Source: an uncultured Gemmatimonadales bacterium
Lineage (GTDB): Bacteria; Gemmatimonadota; Gemmatimonadetes; Longimicrobiales; Gaopeijiaceae
NCBI GenBank assembly: GCA_963809895.1
Contig: CAWELD010000010.1
Coordinates: 480,001-544,000, forward strand
DNA: 64,000 nt
Direction: 5' to 3'
Positions within the stretch are counted from its first letter, which is position 1, and the number at the start of each line of letters is the position of its first letter. Shown here piece by piece: positions 1 to 9,365 of the stretch. The notes beneath the pieces are model-generated. The model was not told where the DNA came from, ran no database searches, and saw only the letters and a list, made by a program, of their open reading frames with translations. A program made the position numbers and the translations under genes.

Positions 1-1
1 G

Positions 2-277
2 GCTCTCCGCCAGCCCGACGAGGCCCATGGCGCCGCGCTCCAGGAGGACATCCAGGAGGTGGCTGGCCGGCGCGTGTCGCTGGGGAGCATCCACCTCACC
101 ATGAGCCGGCTCGAGGAGCAGGGGCTGGTGCACTCGGAGCTGGGTGAGCCCACCGGTGGTCGGGGAGGCAAGGCCCGCCGGCTCTACCGCGTGACCTCCG
201 AGGGCCGCGACGAGCTGCGGCGCACACGCGAGATCTTCGAGCAGATGTGGTCCGAGGTGCCACAGGAGGCTCGATGA
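2..277 (+). CDS. PadR family transcriptional regulator (5' partial)
   Basis: wHTH motifs SLGSIHLTMSRLEEQGLV and RRLYRVTSEG; stop overlaps the ATG of the downstream permease. Confidence 0.85.
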   Translation, partial: ALRQPDEAHGAALQEDIQEVAGRRVSLGSIHLTMSRLEEQGLVHSELGEPTGGRGGKARRLYRVTSEGRDELRRTREIFEQMWSEVPQEAR

Positions 278-2979
278 GCGCTCCCGTCCGCGGAGTACTG
301 GCCGCGTGGAGCATCCTCGTGCCCCGGGAATTCCGCGAGGCGCTGGTGGGGGATCTCCTCGAGGGGCTGGCTCGTGTGCGGCGACGGGGGCGATGGAAGG
401 CGGCGATGTGGCTCGCCGCGGAGATGGCGCGCACGCCCTACGTGGGCCTCTGGCGCCAGGCACGCCGGGGCGTCACGAGGCGCGCGAGCGGCTCCGGCCC
501 CCGACAGGTGAAACGACGCTGGGGGGACGGTATGGGGACGACGCTCAAGATCGCTGCGCGGATGCTCGTTCGGCGACCCGGATTCGCCGGTGTGGCGGTG
601 GCGACGCTGGCGCTCAGCGTCGGGGCCGCGACGCTGATTTTCGGTCTCCTGAACGCGGTGCTGCTGCGGCCCTTGCCGTATCCACAGCCCGATGCGCTCT
701 ACGAGGTCTACGGCACCAACACCGCGTGGCGCGACGGAGACCAGGCGTTCCTGAAGGCGGCCTGGGACCGGGCGCCCATCTCCGCCACCATGGCCGAGGC
801 GTGGCGCGAGCAGGGCGCTGTCCAGGTGGGGACGTTTCAACCCGACTCGCGGACCACGCGTGTGGCGGAGGGTCCGGCGGAGCCCCTGAGCGGTGCACTC
901 GTGGGCGCGCACTTCTTCGAGACGCTGGGAGTCCAGCCCCTCCTGGGCCGCTTGCCGACCGCTGACGAGGTGGCTGCGGCCCAGCCTGTGGTGGTGATCC
1001 ACGAGAGTCTCTGGGCGAGGGATTTCGGGCGGGACCCGGAGGTGGTGGGGCAGACCCTGGAGTTGGACGGGACCCCCTACACCGTCGTGGGCGTCATGCC
1101 TCGTACCTTTGCCCTGCCGGCTCAGGGCACCCGCTGGTGGGCGCCCTTCCCGCAGGAATTCGCGGACTACGCCGACGCGACCGTCCTGAGCGCGGTGGTG
1201 CGACTGGGCCCGGACGCCACGGCCTCGTCAGCCGCTGAGGCCATGAACGCCGTAGTGGACAACCTGGCCACCGCGGAGCCTGCCTACGAGCCGTTGGGCG
1301 CCCGCATCGTGCCGCTCCGCGAGGAGGTGCTGGGCTCGGTGAGCGACGGCCTCCGGCTCCTGTTCGCGGCCGTGTGCGTGGTGGTCCTGATCGCGTGCGT
1401 GAATCTGGCGAACCTGGTGGTGGCCCGAGGCGCTCGCCGCATGCCGGAGCTCGCCGTGCGCGCGGCGCTGGGGGCGGGCCGGGGAGGGCTCGTGGGTGCG
1501 GTGCTCACGGAGGTGGGCCTGCTCTGCCTCGTGGGGGTGGCGCTGGGCGTGGGGATCGCCGCCCTGACGCTGGGCCCGCTGGTGTCGTTCCTGACGGCGG
1601 CCATGCCGGACTTTCCGCGGGCGCAGGACGTGTCGCTGAGTCTGCCGGTGCTGGCCTTCGCCGTGGGCGTGATGCTGCTCACGGCCGTGTTGGCCGGGCT
1701 GTTGCCGGCGCTGTCGGTGGCGCGGCGAGCCCCGGCCGAGTACCTGCGGGCGGGGAAGCGGAGCGGACGGTCCCTCGGCATCCGGCGCACCCAGGCGGGG
1801 CTGCTGTTCGCCGAGGCGGGTCTGGCCATGCTGCTCCTGGTGGGTGCCGGGCTTCTCACGCGCAGCATGGCGCACGCGCTCCGTCTGGATCCCGGATTCG
1901 ATTCTCGGGGGATCGCGTATCTGTCGCTCCAGTTTCCCGAGGGACGGTTTCCCGACGACGCGGACGTGGTTCAGGCGCTGGACGAGCTGGAGGGACGCCT
2001 GGCCCGGGTGCCACAGGTGGCTGGCGTCGTGGAGGCGCGCCCGCTGCCGTCGCTAGGCGGGAATACCATGACTCCCGTGCGACCCGAGGGAGCGCCGGCG
2101 GACCAGGCCGGCATGGTGCTGCGGCCCTCGGTGGGGCCCGGCTACTTCCGGGCGTTGTCGATCCCGTTGCTCGAGGGGCGCGGATTCGAGCCCGCCGATG
2201 GCCCGGACGCGCCTCCCGTGGCCGTGGTGAGCGCCTCGCTGGCGCGCCAGCTCTTCGGCGACGAGGACGCCATCGGACGGGTCATCGTCGCGGCAGACGG
2301 TGCCGTCCTGACCGGCGCGCGGGCCGATGTGAGCAAGGAGACGTCCATGCGGATCGTGGGCGTGGTGGGCGAGGTCCGGCAGCTCGCGGTGGTGCGCGAG
2401 GCCGAGCCGGTCCTGTATCGGCCCTTCCGGCAGTCGTCGCTTCGTTACCCGACGCTGGCGGTGACCACCGAGGGTGATCCGAGGCGCGCGCTCGCCTCCG
2501 TACGGGCTGCCGCCGGGGAGCAGGACGGCGTCGTGATCGACGACGCGGGCGTCTACCGCCGCCAGACCTTCCGCATACTCGCCCCGGTGCGATTGCGTAC
2601 CGTGCTGCTCGGGGCGCTGGCGGGGTTGGCGGCGGTGCTCGCCATGGTGGGGATCTACGGGGTGGTGAGCTACGTGGTCTCGGATCAGCGGCGGGAGATC
2701 GGCATCCGCATGGCGTTGGGCGCCCACGCGGGCGGCGAGACCGGCCGCATGATCCGTCAGGCGCTCCTCCCGAGCCTCACGGGGGCGGTGCTCGGGTTGG
2801 CGGTGGCGTCCGCGCTCTCGCGGGTCCTGGAGTCGTCGATCTTCGAGATCAGCCACCTGGATCCGCTGACGTACGCCGCGGCATTCGCGCTCCTGGTCGT
2901 GGTGGCGACGATGGCCGCGTGGTGGCCCGCCCGCCGTGCCGCGCGGGTGGAGCCGGTGACGGCGCTGAACGAGGAGTAG
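274..2979 (+). CDS. ADOP-type duplicated MacB/FtsX-like ABC permease
   Basis: LLRPLPYP, LIACVNLANL, ELAVRAALGA, REIGIRMALGA, PARRAARVEP; two MacB_PCD/FtsX halves; ATG at 274. Confidence 0.9.
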   Translation: MSAPVRGVLAAWSILVPREFREALVGDLLEGLARVRRRGRWKAAMWLAAEMARTPYVGLWRQARRGVTRRASGSGPRQVKRRWGDGMGTTLKIAARMLVRRPGFAGVAVATLALSVGAATLIFGLLNAVLLRPLPYPQPDALYEVYGTNTAWRDGDQAFLKAAWDRAPISATMAEAWREQGAVQVGTFQPDSRTTRVAEGPAEPLSGALVGAHFFETLGVQPLLGRLPTADEVAAAQPVVVIHESLWARDFGRDPEVVGQTLELDGTPYTVVGVMPRTFALPAQGTRWWAPFPQEFADYADATVLSAVVRLGPDATASSAAEAMNAVVDNLATAEPAYEPLGARIVPLREEVLGSVSDGLRLLFAAVCVVVLIACVNLANLVVARGARRMPELAVRAALGAGRGGLVGAVLTEVGLLCLVGVALGVGIAALTLGPLVSFLTAAMPDFPRAQDVSLSLPVLAFAVGVMLLTAVLAGLLPALSVARRAPAEYLRAGKRSGRSLGIRRTQAGLLFAEAGLAMLLLVGAGLLTRSMAHALRLDPGFDSRGIAYLSLQFPEGRFPDDADVVQALDELEGRLARVPQVAGVVEARPLPSLGGNTMTPVRPEGAPADQAGMVLRPSVGPGYFRALSIPLLEGRGFEPADGPDAPPVAVVSASLARQLFGDEDAIGRVIVAADGAVLTGARADVSKETSMRIVGVVGEVRQLAVVREAEPVLYRPFRQSSLRYPTLAVTTEGDPRRALASVRAAAGEQDGVVIDDAGVYRRQTFRILAPVRLRTVLLGALAGLAAVLAMVGIYGVVSYVVSDQRREIGIRMALGAHAGGETGRMIRQALLPSLTGAVLGLAVASALSRVLESSIFEISHLDPLTYAAAFALLVVVATMAAWWPARRAARVEPVTALNEE

Positions 2980-3062
2980 GCGGAGAGGCACGCGAGCCGA
3001 GGCCGGCCCCGATGACCGCCTGCAGGCCGTGGGTGTCGCGTGCCAGGGCCGAATCAGGCTGG

Positions 3063-3210
3063 GTTTCGCAGCCAGAGATGGCAGCGGCGAGGGGCGCGGG
3101 CTGCAAAGTCCAGGACTATCCTGGGGTTCGCAGCCACGGAAGGGGCGGCGCAGGTCTGGGGCTGCAGACACCATGATAGTCATGGTGTTCGCAGCCGTCT
3201 CGCGTGATTC
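3063..3210. repeat. Palindromic intergenic element, copy 1 (37-nt GGCTGC...GCAGCC hairpins at 3099-3135 and 3160-3196)
   Basis: Aligns with 55294-55442; each unit is an imperfect inverted repeat; 61-nt period. Confidence 0.85.
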
Positions 3211-3279
3211 TGCGATTGACGGCGGCGATCACCATCATCCGTCCACCCAGGGCGACGCCCCCCACGAAGCCTCCGTCCC

Positions 3280-4191
3280 CTACCGGAATCCCTCCATCTG
3301 AATCCCCCGCACGAAGTAGCGCTGGGTGAAGAAGAAGAGGATGACGATGGGGAGCACCGCCGTCGCTCCGGCGGCCATCTGATAGGGCCAGTTCACCTCG
3401 TAGGTGCCGTGGAAGGAGGCGATGCCCACCTCCACCACGCGCATGGCCTGCGAGCGGGTGGCCAGCAGGGGCCAGAGCAGGTTCTTCCAGGCGTCGATGA
3501 AGGCGAACAGCGCCAGGGTGGCCAGGGCGGGCCGGGCCAGGGGCAGCGCCACGCTCCAGAAGATGCGGAAGGGCCCGGCGCCGTCGATGCGGGCGGCGTC
3601 CTCGAGCTCGCGGGGGACGGTCCGGAAGTACTGACGCATGAGAAAGATCCCCCAGACCGAGACCAGCTCGGTACTCACCAGTCCCTGGTAGGTGTCCACC
3701 CATCCCAGCGACTCGATGAGGAGGAAGCGGGGGATGAGGACCACCACCGCCGGGACCATCATGGTGGAGAGCACGAGCAGGAAGAAGCGGTCGCGCCCGC
3801 GGAATTCGAGGCGGGCGAAGGCGTAGCCCGCGGTGGTGGCGGTGAAGAGCTGGCCCGCCACCACGCAGGTGGCGAACACGGCCGAGTTGAGGAAGTAGCG
3901 GGCGAAGGGCTGGGCCGTGAGGGCGCCTGAGTAGTTGCCCCAGTGGGGCGGGTCCGGAAGAAGGTCGGGGGGATAGCGGAAGACGTCGAGCTGCCCCTGC
4001 AGGCTCGTCACCAGCATCCACACGAAGGGAAAGAGCATGGTGAGGGCCGCCAGGATCGTGGCGGTCCAGGCCAGCGGCGTCAGCCAGTCGCGCCGGCGCC
4101 GGGGATGTCGCTCGTCGCCGGGTCGTTCGTCGCGTGGTCGCTCGTCGCCGGGTCGATGGTCGTCGGGTCGGCGGTCGCCTCGGGCGCTCAT
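3280..4191 (-). CDS. Carbohydrate ABC transporter permease (MalG-like)
   Basis: EAA loop ELEDAARIDGA; QRYFVRGI C-terminus; start overlaps upstream stop. Confidence 0.92.
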   Translation of the reverse strand: MSARGDRRPDDHRPGDERPRDERPGDERHPRRRRDWLTPLAWTATILAALTMLFPFVWMLVTSLQGQLDVFRYPPDLLPDPPHWGNYSGALTAQPFARYFLNSAVFATCVVAGQLFTATTAGYAFARLEFRGRDRFFLLVLSTMMVPAVVVLIPRFLLIESLGWVDTYQGLVSTELVSVWGIFLMRQYFRTVPRELEDAARIDGAGPFRIFWSVALPLARPALATLALFAFIDAWKNLLWPLLATRSQAMRVVEVGIASFHGTYEVNWPYQMAAGATAVLPIVILFFFTQRYFVRGIQMEGFR

Positions 4192-6002
4192 GCCGCTGCC
4201 TCCGCGGTGCGCCGCTCCAGGATGCGGAAATGGAGCCAGGTCACGGCGAAGATGAGGGCGAACAGGATCCAGCTCATGGCGGCGGCGTTGCCGAAGCGCA
4301 GGAACTCCCACGCCTCCTGGTAGATGTGGTAGACCGCCACGTCGGTGCTCCGGAGCGGGCCGCCCTCGGTCATGACGTAGACCGCGCCGAAGACCTGGAA
4401 GGAGCCGATGACCGACGTCACCAGGACGAAGAAGATGGTGTGGCGGAGCCCGGGTAGCGTGACGTGCAGGAAGCGGCGCCACGGCCCGGCGCCGTCGATG
4501 CGTGCGGCCTCGTAGAGCTCCCGCGGTATCGCCGCCAGCCCCGCCTGGAAGAGGATCATCTGGTAGCCCACCACGAGCCAGACGCCCAGCAGCATGATGG
4601 AGAGGAGCGCCGTGCGGGGTGAGGTGAGCCAGGGCACGGGGCCCAGCCCCACCTTGCCCAGCAGCCAGTTGAGGAGGCCGTACTGATCGTTGAGCATCCA
4701 CTGCCAGACCACCGCGATGGCCACCAGGCTGGTGATGCTGGGCAGGAAGAGGGCGGCCCGCACCAGGAGCACGCCCCGGGTGCGGCGGTGCACCAGGAGG
4801 GCGAATCCCAGCGCCACCGCCATGGCCACCGGCACGTGCAGCGTGAACAGGGCCGTGTTGCCGATGGCGTTCCAGAAGGGCCCATCCCGGAGGAGCGTCA
4901 GGTAGTGACCCAGGCCGACGAAGGGGCGGGCCGGGTCCACCAGCGACCATTCGTGCAGGGAGAGCCAGAGCGCGAAGGCCAGGGGTCCCAGCGTGAAGAC
5001 CGCCAGGTGCAGCGTCGCCGGTGTCAGGAACGCCCAGGCCACCAGGTTGCGGCGGAGCTCCAGACGGCGCGCCACCAGCGGCGCCAGCGTCATGGGGAGC
5101 GTCGCCAACAGCAGCCCCGCCAGCCCCACGCCCAGGAGCGCACCCCAGGGCGAGTGAGTGTGCTCGTACGGGACCATGGCGAGGATCACCGGCCCCAGGT
5201 CGGCCAGCGCCCAGGGCGCCCGGTCGACGGTGGTCCGGTCGGGAAGGGGGCGGGGCGCGGCGGCGAGGGTGGCGGCGGTGGTGGGGAGGAGCGTCGTCGT
5301 GGTGACCTCGCCGCCTGGCGCCACTCGTACGAAGGACAGGCCGGTGAGGCGGGCTACGCCGCCGGGCCGATCTATCACGGCGTCACGGTCCGGCACCGCC
5401 TGAAGGGCGCGCAGGGCCGTCTCCATCCGGGTGTCGGTGAGGTCCGTCAGGGCGTCCTGGCTCCAGCGACCCGCCAGCCCCAGCGAGCCGGCCAGGACGA
5501 CCGCCGCCAGAAGCGCCGGCCCAACCATGCCGGCCGGCCGGCCCGAGGCCGCCAGTCCGGGCCACACGGCCGCGATGCCGAGCAGTGCCGCCGCCGCCAG
5601 GGCGGCCATGAGGACCACCCGATCGGGTAGCCGCGGCCGGTCGGCCGGATCTTCGGAGAGTTCGAGGGTGCCCGCCGGCGTCCATCCATCGGCGGCGTAG
5701 ACGGTAGCGCGGGCGACGCGGCCGTCGGGGCCCTGTGCGAGGACCGGCCGGTCGAGGCCGCTCTCGCTCGGGGGGTCGATGCGCCAGCGCTGTTGGAAGA
5801 GCCGGTCCAGGAGCCCGGGCCCCCCGACCTCCGCATGGAGCGCCACCGCGATTCCGGCCTCGGCTCGCAGGAGCTCGCCAGCCGCGCCGTCCACCGCCCG
5901 CCGAGTCAGCGCGAGGCCGAGCCCCAGGGTGGCCAGCAGAAGGACGCCAGCCACGGCGGCCAGGAGGGTGCGGGGACGGGTCAGCGAAACGGTGCGCTCC
6001 AT
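4188..6002 (-). CDS. Carbohydrate ABC transporter permease (MalF-like) with ~300 aa N-terminal extension
   Basis: LYEAARIDGAGPW, FQVFGAVYVMTEGGP. Confidence 0.9.
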   Translation of the reverse strand: MERTVSLTRPRTLLAAVAGVLLLATLGLGLALTRRAVDGAAGELLRAEAGIAVALHAEVGGPGLLDRLFQQRWRIDPPSESGLDRPVLAQGPDGRVARATVYAADGWTPAGTLELSEDPADRPRLPDRVVLMAALAAAALLGIAAVWPGLAASGRPAGMVGPALLAAVVLAGSLGLAGRWSQDALTDLTDTRMETALRALQAVPDRDAVIDRPGGVARLTGLSFVRVAPGGEVTTTTLLPTTAATLAAAPRPLPDRTTVDRAPWALADLGPVILAMVPYEHTHSPWGALLGVGLAGLLLATLPMTLAPLVARRLELRRNLVAWAFLTPATLHLAVFTLGPLAFALWLSLHEWSLVDPARPFVGLGHYLTLLRDGPFWNAIGNTALFTLHVPVAMAVALGFALLVHRRTRGVLLVRAALFLPSITSLVAIAVVWQWMLNDQYGLLNWLLGKVGLGPVPWLTSPRTALLSIMLLGVWLVVGYQMILFQAGLAAIPRELYEAARIDGAGPWRRFLHVTLPGLRHTIFFVLVTSVIGSFQVFGAVYVMTEGGPLRSTDVAVYHIYQEAWEFLRFGNAAAMSWILFALIFAVTWLHFRILERRTAEAAA

Positions 6003-6104
6003 GGGAGCGGGAAGCTAGGTCGGTCCGGCCGATCAGACCATTCGGCCGCCCGGCGGTATCGATGACGCTTGACGGGGGATCCCGCATCAACCCGGGCTTG
6101 CGGC

Positions 6105-6125
6105 TTGTATCATTAATGCTACAAT
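6105..6125. promoter_or_regulatory. 20-bp palindromic operator overlapping a TACAAT -10 box
   Basis: TTGTATCATTAATGCTACAA (one mismatch) upstream of the DUF4160/HTH pair. Confidence 0.6.
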
Positions 6126-6140
6126 GGGATAGTGAGCACG

Positions 6141-6392
6141 GTGCCCACGGTCATATAGGACGGCGAACTCCAGTTCGTCGTGCACACCCGGGAGCTGCCA
6201 TTCGAGCCGCCGCACGTGCATGTGCGTTTCGGAGGTGCCGAAGTGAGAATCGAGCTGATTGCGGGGACATTCATGGAGGATCCTCCCGAAGGGGATCGCC
6301 GGGCGATCGTCACCGCGTTCTCGCGACACGCCGCTGCGATTCGTCGGGCCTGGGAGGAGATTCACGGCTCGCCAGCAGAGGGCCGACAGTGA
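6141..6392 (+). pseudogene. DUF4160-like (HicA-fold) putative toxin with an in-frame TAG at codon 6
   Basis: GTG CCC ACG GTC ATA TAG GAC... = MPTVI*DGELQFVVHTRE..EPPHVHV..AWEEIHG. Confidence 0.65.
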
Positions 6393-6403
6393 GTGGCGCA
6401 CCC

Positions 6404-6874
6404 ATGACCTACGTTCGAGGTGCCGACCGTATGATGACGGGTGCTCGCCTCACGCCCGAAGGGCTCCACGTGCTGTTCGCGGATGATCACTCCGCGGTGA
6501 TTCCCCGGGCGGTGCTGGACCTCGGAGGTGCGCCTGTTCGTGTGGGTCTACCCACCCCTTACGCCATCGAGGTGCACCTGGACGACGAGCGGGTCGAAGA
6601 AGTCCCCTGGGATTTCGCACGTCACTTCGCCGACCCGGATCACCGGCGTCGTTCCATCGCTATCGTGGAGCGGAGCGGTAGGGTATTGGGAGAGCGCCTA
6701 CGGGAACTCCGTTCCGCGGCAGGGCTCACTCAGGAAGCGCTTGCGCAAAGGGCAGGAGTGAGTCGCGTCACCATCGCGCGTATTGAGGTGGGGGACCACC
6801 TGCCTCGCTACCAGACCATGGAGGCGCTGGCGGCCGGGCTTGGTGCACCGATCAGTCGCCTGATCGTGGGGTGA
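6404..6874 (+). CDS. DUF2442-like N-terminal domain plus XRE HTH, putative antitoxin/regulator
   Basis: C-terminal LRELRSAAGLTQEALAQRAGVSRVTIARIE; alternative GTG at 6389 overlaps upstream stop. Confidence 0.75.
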   Translation: MTYVRGADRMMTGARLTPEGLHVLFADDHSAVIPRAVLDLGGAPVRVGLPTPYAIEVHLDDERVEEVPWDFARHFADPDHRRRSIAIVERSGRVLGERLRELRSAAGLTQEALAQRAGVSRVTIARIEVGDHLPRYQTMEALAAGLGAPISRLIVG

Positions 6875-6896
6875 GGGCCCAGTCCACCCATCCTGA

Positions 6897-7462
6897 TCAC
6901 CCCAGCAACTCGATCCCGAGGGCCCGGGCCGCGTCGGTGACCGCCGGACTCTCCACCGCGAGGACGCCCGGCTGTCCGAAGGTGAGCCGCCCCTCGGTCC
7001 GGGACGTGAACAGGACCCAGGTGTGCCAGTCTCCCCAGAAGCTCGACCACCAGCGGAGTCCGGCGTAGCCCGAGTCCCACAGAGCGCGGGCCATGGGCTG
7101 TGTAGTCGTCCGTGACGGGACGCCGAGCGATCGGGCGCGATCTCCCGGCGCGCCAGAACGGTCGGATCGCAGAGGTCCGCGACCTGGAGACCGGACGTAT
7201 CCAGGTGCACCTTCACCAGTGCCAGTGGGCGGGAGGCGCGCTGAAGATGTGCCGAACCGATTCGACCGCCCCTCCATGGCTGGATGGCTTCGGCGACGGC
7301 GTGCTCAGGGGTCTCGGCAAGGTAGAGAACCGAGGAGAGGTTCCGCGGAAGATCGAAGCGCCCCCGTCCCGAAGGATGAGGCACGAATTCCGGTGAGTAG
7401 CGCTGCCCGTCCGCGACGCCACGCTCCCAGGGGAACACCCTCCAGAGCTCAGCCGTAGGCAC
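6897..7462 (-). pseudogene. RES-domain toxin, frameshifted near 7112
   Basis: GRFD..LYLAETPEHAVAE in one frame continues as TQPMARALWDSGYAGLRWWS in another. Confidence 0.75.
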
Positions 7463-7818
7463 CCGCCTTCTCCGCCTCGATCGCACCGATGACGTCGGCT
7501 ACGTGACCTCGCCGGATCAGGTACAAGGGCGTACGGTTGTCCAAGATGGACGTTGGCGCCCCTGAGCCACGCGCCGACCGTCTCCGGCTCGATCCAGCGG
7601 CCGAGCATCTCTGCCACGAGGGCCAGTCCGCCCAGGCGGTCGGCGTTGTCGGGATCGGGCGTCTGCCCCTTGCGCCAGCGGGAGACCTGAGAGGCGGACA
7701 CTCCCAGCGCATCCGCCACGGCGCGGTCCGATCCCAGAGCGGCGCGGCACGCGTCCAGATGCAGAGAGGACGGGGTCGGGCTCGTTTCAGAAGAGGCAGG
7801 TTGTGCGAGCGTGGTCAT
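7449..7818 (-). pseudogene. Xre/MbcA/ParS-type antitoxin, frameshifted near 7542
   Basis: HTH (VADALGVSASQVSRW) then WLRGANVHL | DNRTPLYLIRRG..VIGAIEAE. Confidence 0.75.
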
Positions 7819-7830
7819 GCTTGAAGATAT

Positions 7831-7866
7831 CGCAACGCTAATCGTTGCGCAACGAAATATGTTGCG
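7831..7866. promoter_or_regulatory. Two tandem CGCAAC-N7-GTTGCG operators upstream of the Xre-RES operon
   Basis: Perfect inverted repeats at 7831-7849 and 7848-7866. Confidence 0.7.
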
Positions 7867-7883
7867 TGTCCTTCAAGGCGCGA

Positions 7884-8453
7884 CTAGCTGGTCCTGAACA
7901 GCGCGGACAGGTCGATGGTGAGCGTTGCGCCCGCCCCGATCGGGGTCCAGCGCAGTGAGTCATCGCCCTCACTCACTACGGGCCTGGTCTTTCCCCCCGC
8001 CAGCTCCCAGACCTCTACTCGTCCCTTGTCGGGATCGACGATCCAGTACTCGGTCACGCCGAACAGCCGGTACCGTTCGAGCTTGAGGCCGTAGTCGCGG
8101 GCTTCTGTCGAGGGAGACAGAATCTCCACTACGAGGTCGGGTGCTCCCTCCACCCCCCGGTCGCTCAGGATGTCGGCTCTGTCCTTTCGGACGAAGACGA
8201 TATCGGGCTCCAGGTAGTCGCCCTCGGCCAGGAGGACATCCAGAGGAGCGGGGAACACCTCTCCAAGACGGTGCTTCTCCACGAAACCGAAGAGCCGTGC
8301 GAACAGTCGTCCTGCGATCCTCTGATGGTGCAGCGACGGCGTCGGTGTCACGGCGAGCTGGTCGTCGATGACCTCGAAGCGCGTGCCGCCCGATTCCGGA
8401 AGACGTGCGAACTCCGAGTAGGTCCAACGCTTGCGCGTGTTCTTGGCCTCCAT
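7884..8453 (-). CDS. Uma2 family (DUF820) PD-(D/E)xK endonuclease
   Basis: LEPDIVFV, GAPDLVVEILSPST, GVTEYWIVDP. Confidence 0.9.
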   Translation of the reverse strand: MEAKNTRKRWTYSEFARLPESGGTRFEVIDDQLAVTPTPSLHHQRIAGRLFARLFGFVEKHRLGEVFPAPLDVLLAEGDYLEPDIVFVRKDRADILSDRGVEGAPDLVVEILSPSTEARDYGLKLERYRLFGVTEYWIVDPDKGRVEVWELAGGKTRPVVSEGDDSLRWTPIGAGATLTIDLSALFRTS

Positions 8454-8606
8454 GGCATCTCCCCCCTCCCAGCAAGCTAGCTCTCGGACTGCGGAGGGAA
8501 CAACGATGCGGGGCCCCGTAGGGCGAGTCGATGGCTGGACGGGACGGGTGCGGGGCACACGTCGAGCTACCGGGAAGATGCGGCAGGGCTCTTCCAGGTC
8601 CGGGGC

Positions 8607-9176
8607 TCACCGACCGGGGAGCCACCCGGCGGACCGGAGCCGGCCGAGTGCCCGGCTCTCCCATGCATGGAACGTACGCTGCACCCGGAGGCCGACGGAT
8701 CGGATCACGGGAATGACCAACAGCAGCCCGGCCACGATGAATACATCGGCCAGGTTGAAGAACATCTGGAGCCCCTCTCGCCGCGTGAGGAAAGCCACCG
8801 GATCGATGCCGATGAAGTCCACCACCGCTCCGCCACGGCCGATGAGGTCGATGAGGTTCCCGAGGCCGCCGACGGCGATGAGCGCGAACCCGAGACGCTG
8901 GCGGATGCGGAGCCCGGCGGCCCGCGCGGCGACCCAGGCGCAGATCGCGAAGATGGCGAGCCGCGCGAGCACGATCAGATCGGCAGGCAGGGCGCCGGCG
9001 CCCAGCGACAGCACGAGCGCCTCGTTGCTGACGTGTGCCAGCGTGAAGGGACCTGCTTCCAGCGGATGATGAAGCGTGGTCGCCCAGGACTTGCTCGCGA
9101 AGTCCATCGCCAACGCGACGAGGGCGAAGGGGAAGATCATCCGGAGCGGCATCGGGGCCGGGCGTGGCTCGTTCAT
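8607..9176 (-). CDS. lspA: Lipoprotein signal peptidase II
   Basis: D..SK, GNLID, VVDFI, FNLAD motifs. Confidence 0.8.
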   Translation of the reverse strand: MNEPRPAPMPLRMIFPFALVALAMDFASKSWATTLHHPLEAGPFTLAHVSNEALVLSLGAGALPADLIVLARLAIFAICAWVAARAAGLRIRQRLGFALIAVGGLGNLIDLIGRGGAVVDFIGIDPVAFLTRREGLQMFFNLADVFIVAGLLLVIPVIRSVGLRVQRTFHAWESRALGRLRSAGWLPGR

Positions 9177-9365
9177 GGCCACTCGAAGGGTCAAGGACCG
9201 TGCCGCCACCCGTTTCCGTTCCCGCTCGGGTCCTGCAATCGACCCGAATGTGCTGCTATTTCGGGAGTTCCGGGGGTGACCGGGAGGCCGCGGACGAGCG
9301 ACGACCTGTTGCGGCCGCGCCGCAGCCTGCCGTGTGGCTGCCGCCCTCCGGGGGCGGCTCGGCCC

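Noticed and set aside
3037..3196. CRISPR array (37-nt repeats with 24-25-nt spacers)
   Set aside because: Only 2-3 units, repeat interiors differ, linkers are homologous between the two loci, and no cas genes are in the window
6156..6158. Pyrrolysine or genome-wide TAG recoding
   Set aside because: TAG terminates many normal genes here (e.g. 2979, 23839) and no pyl genes are present
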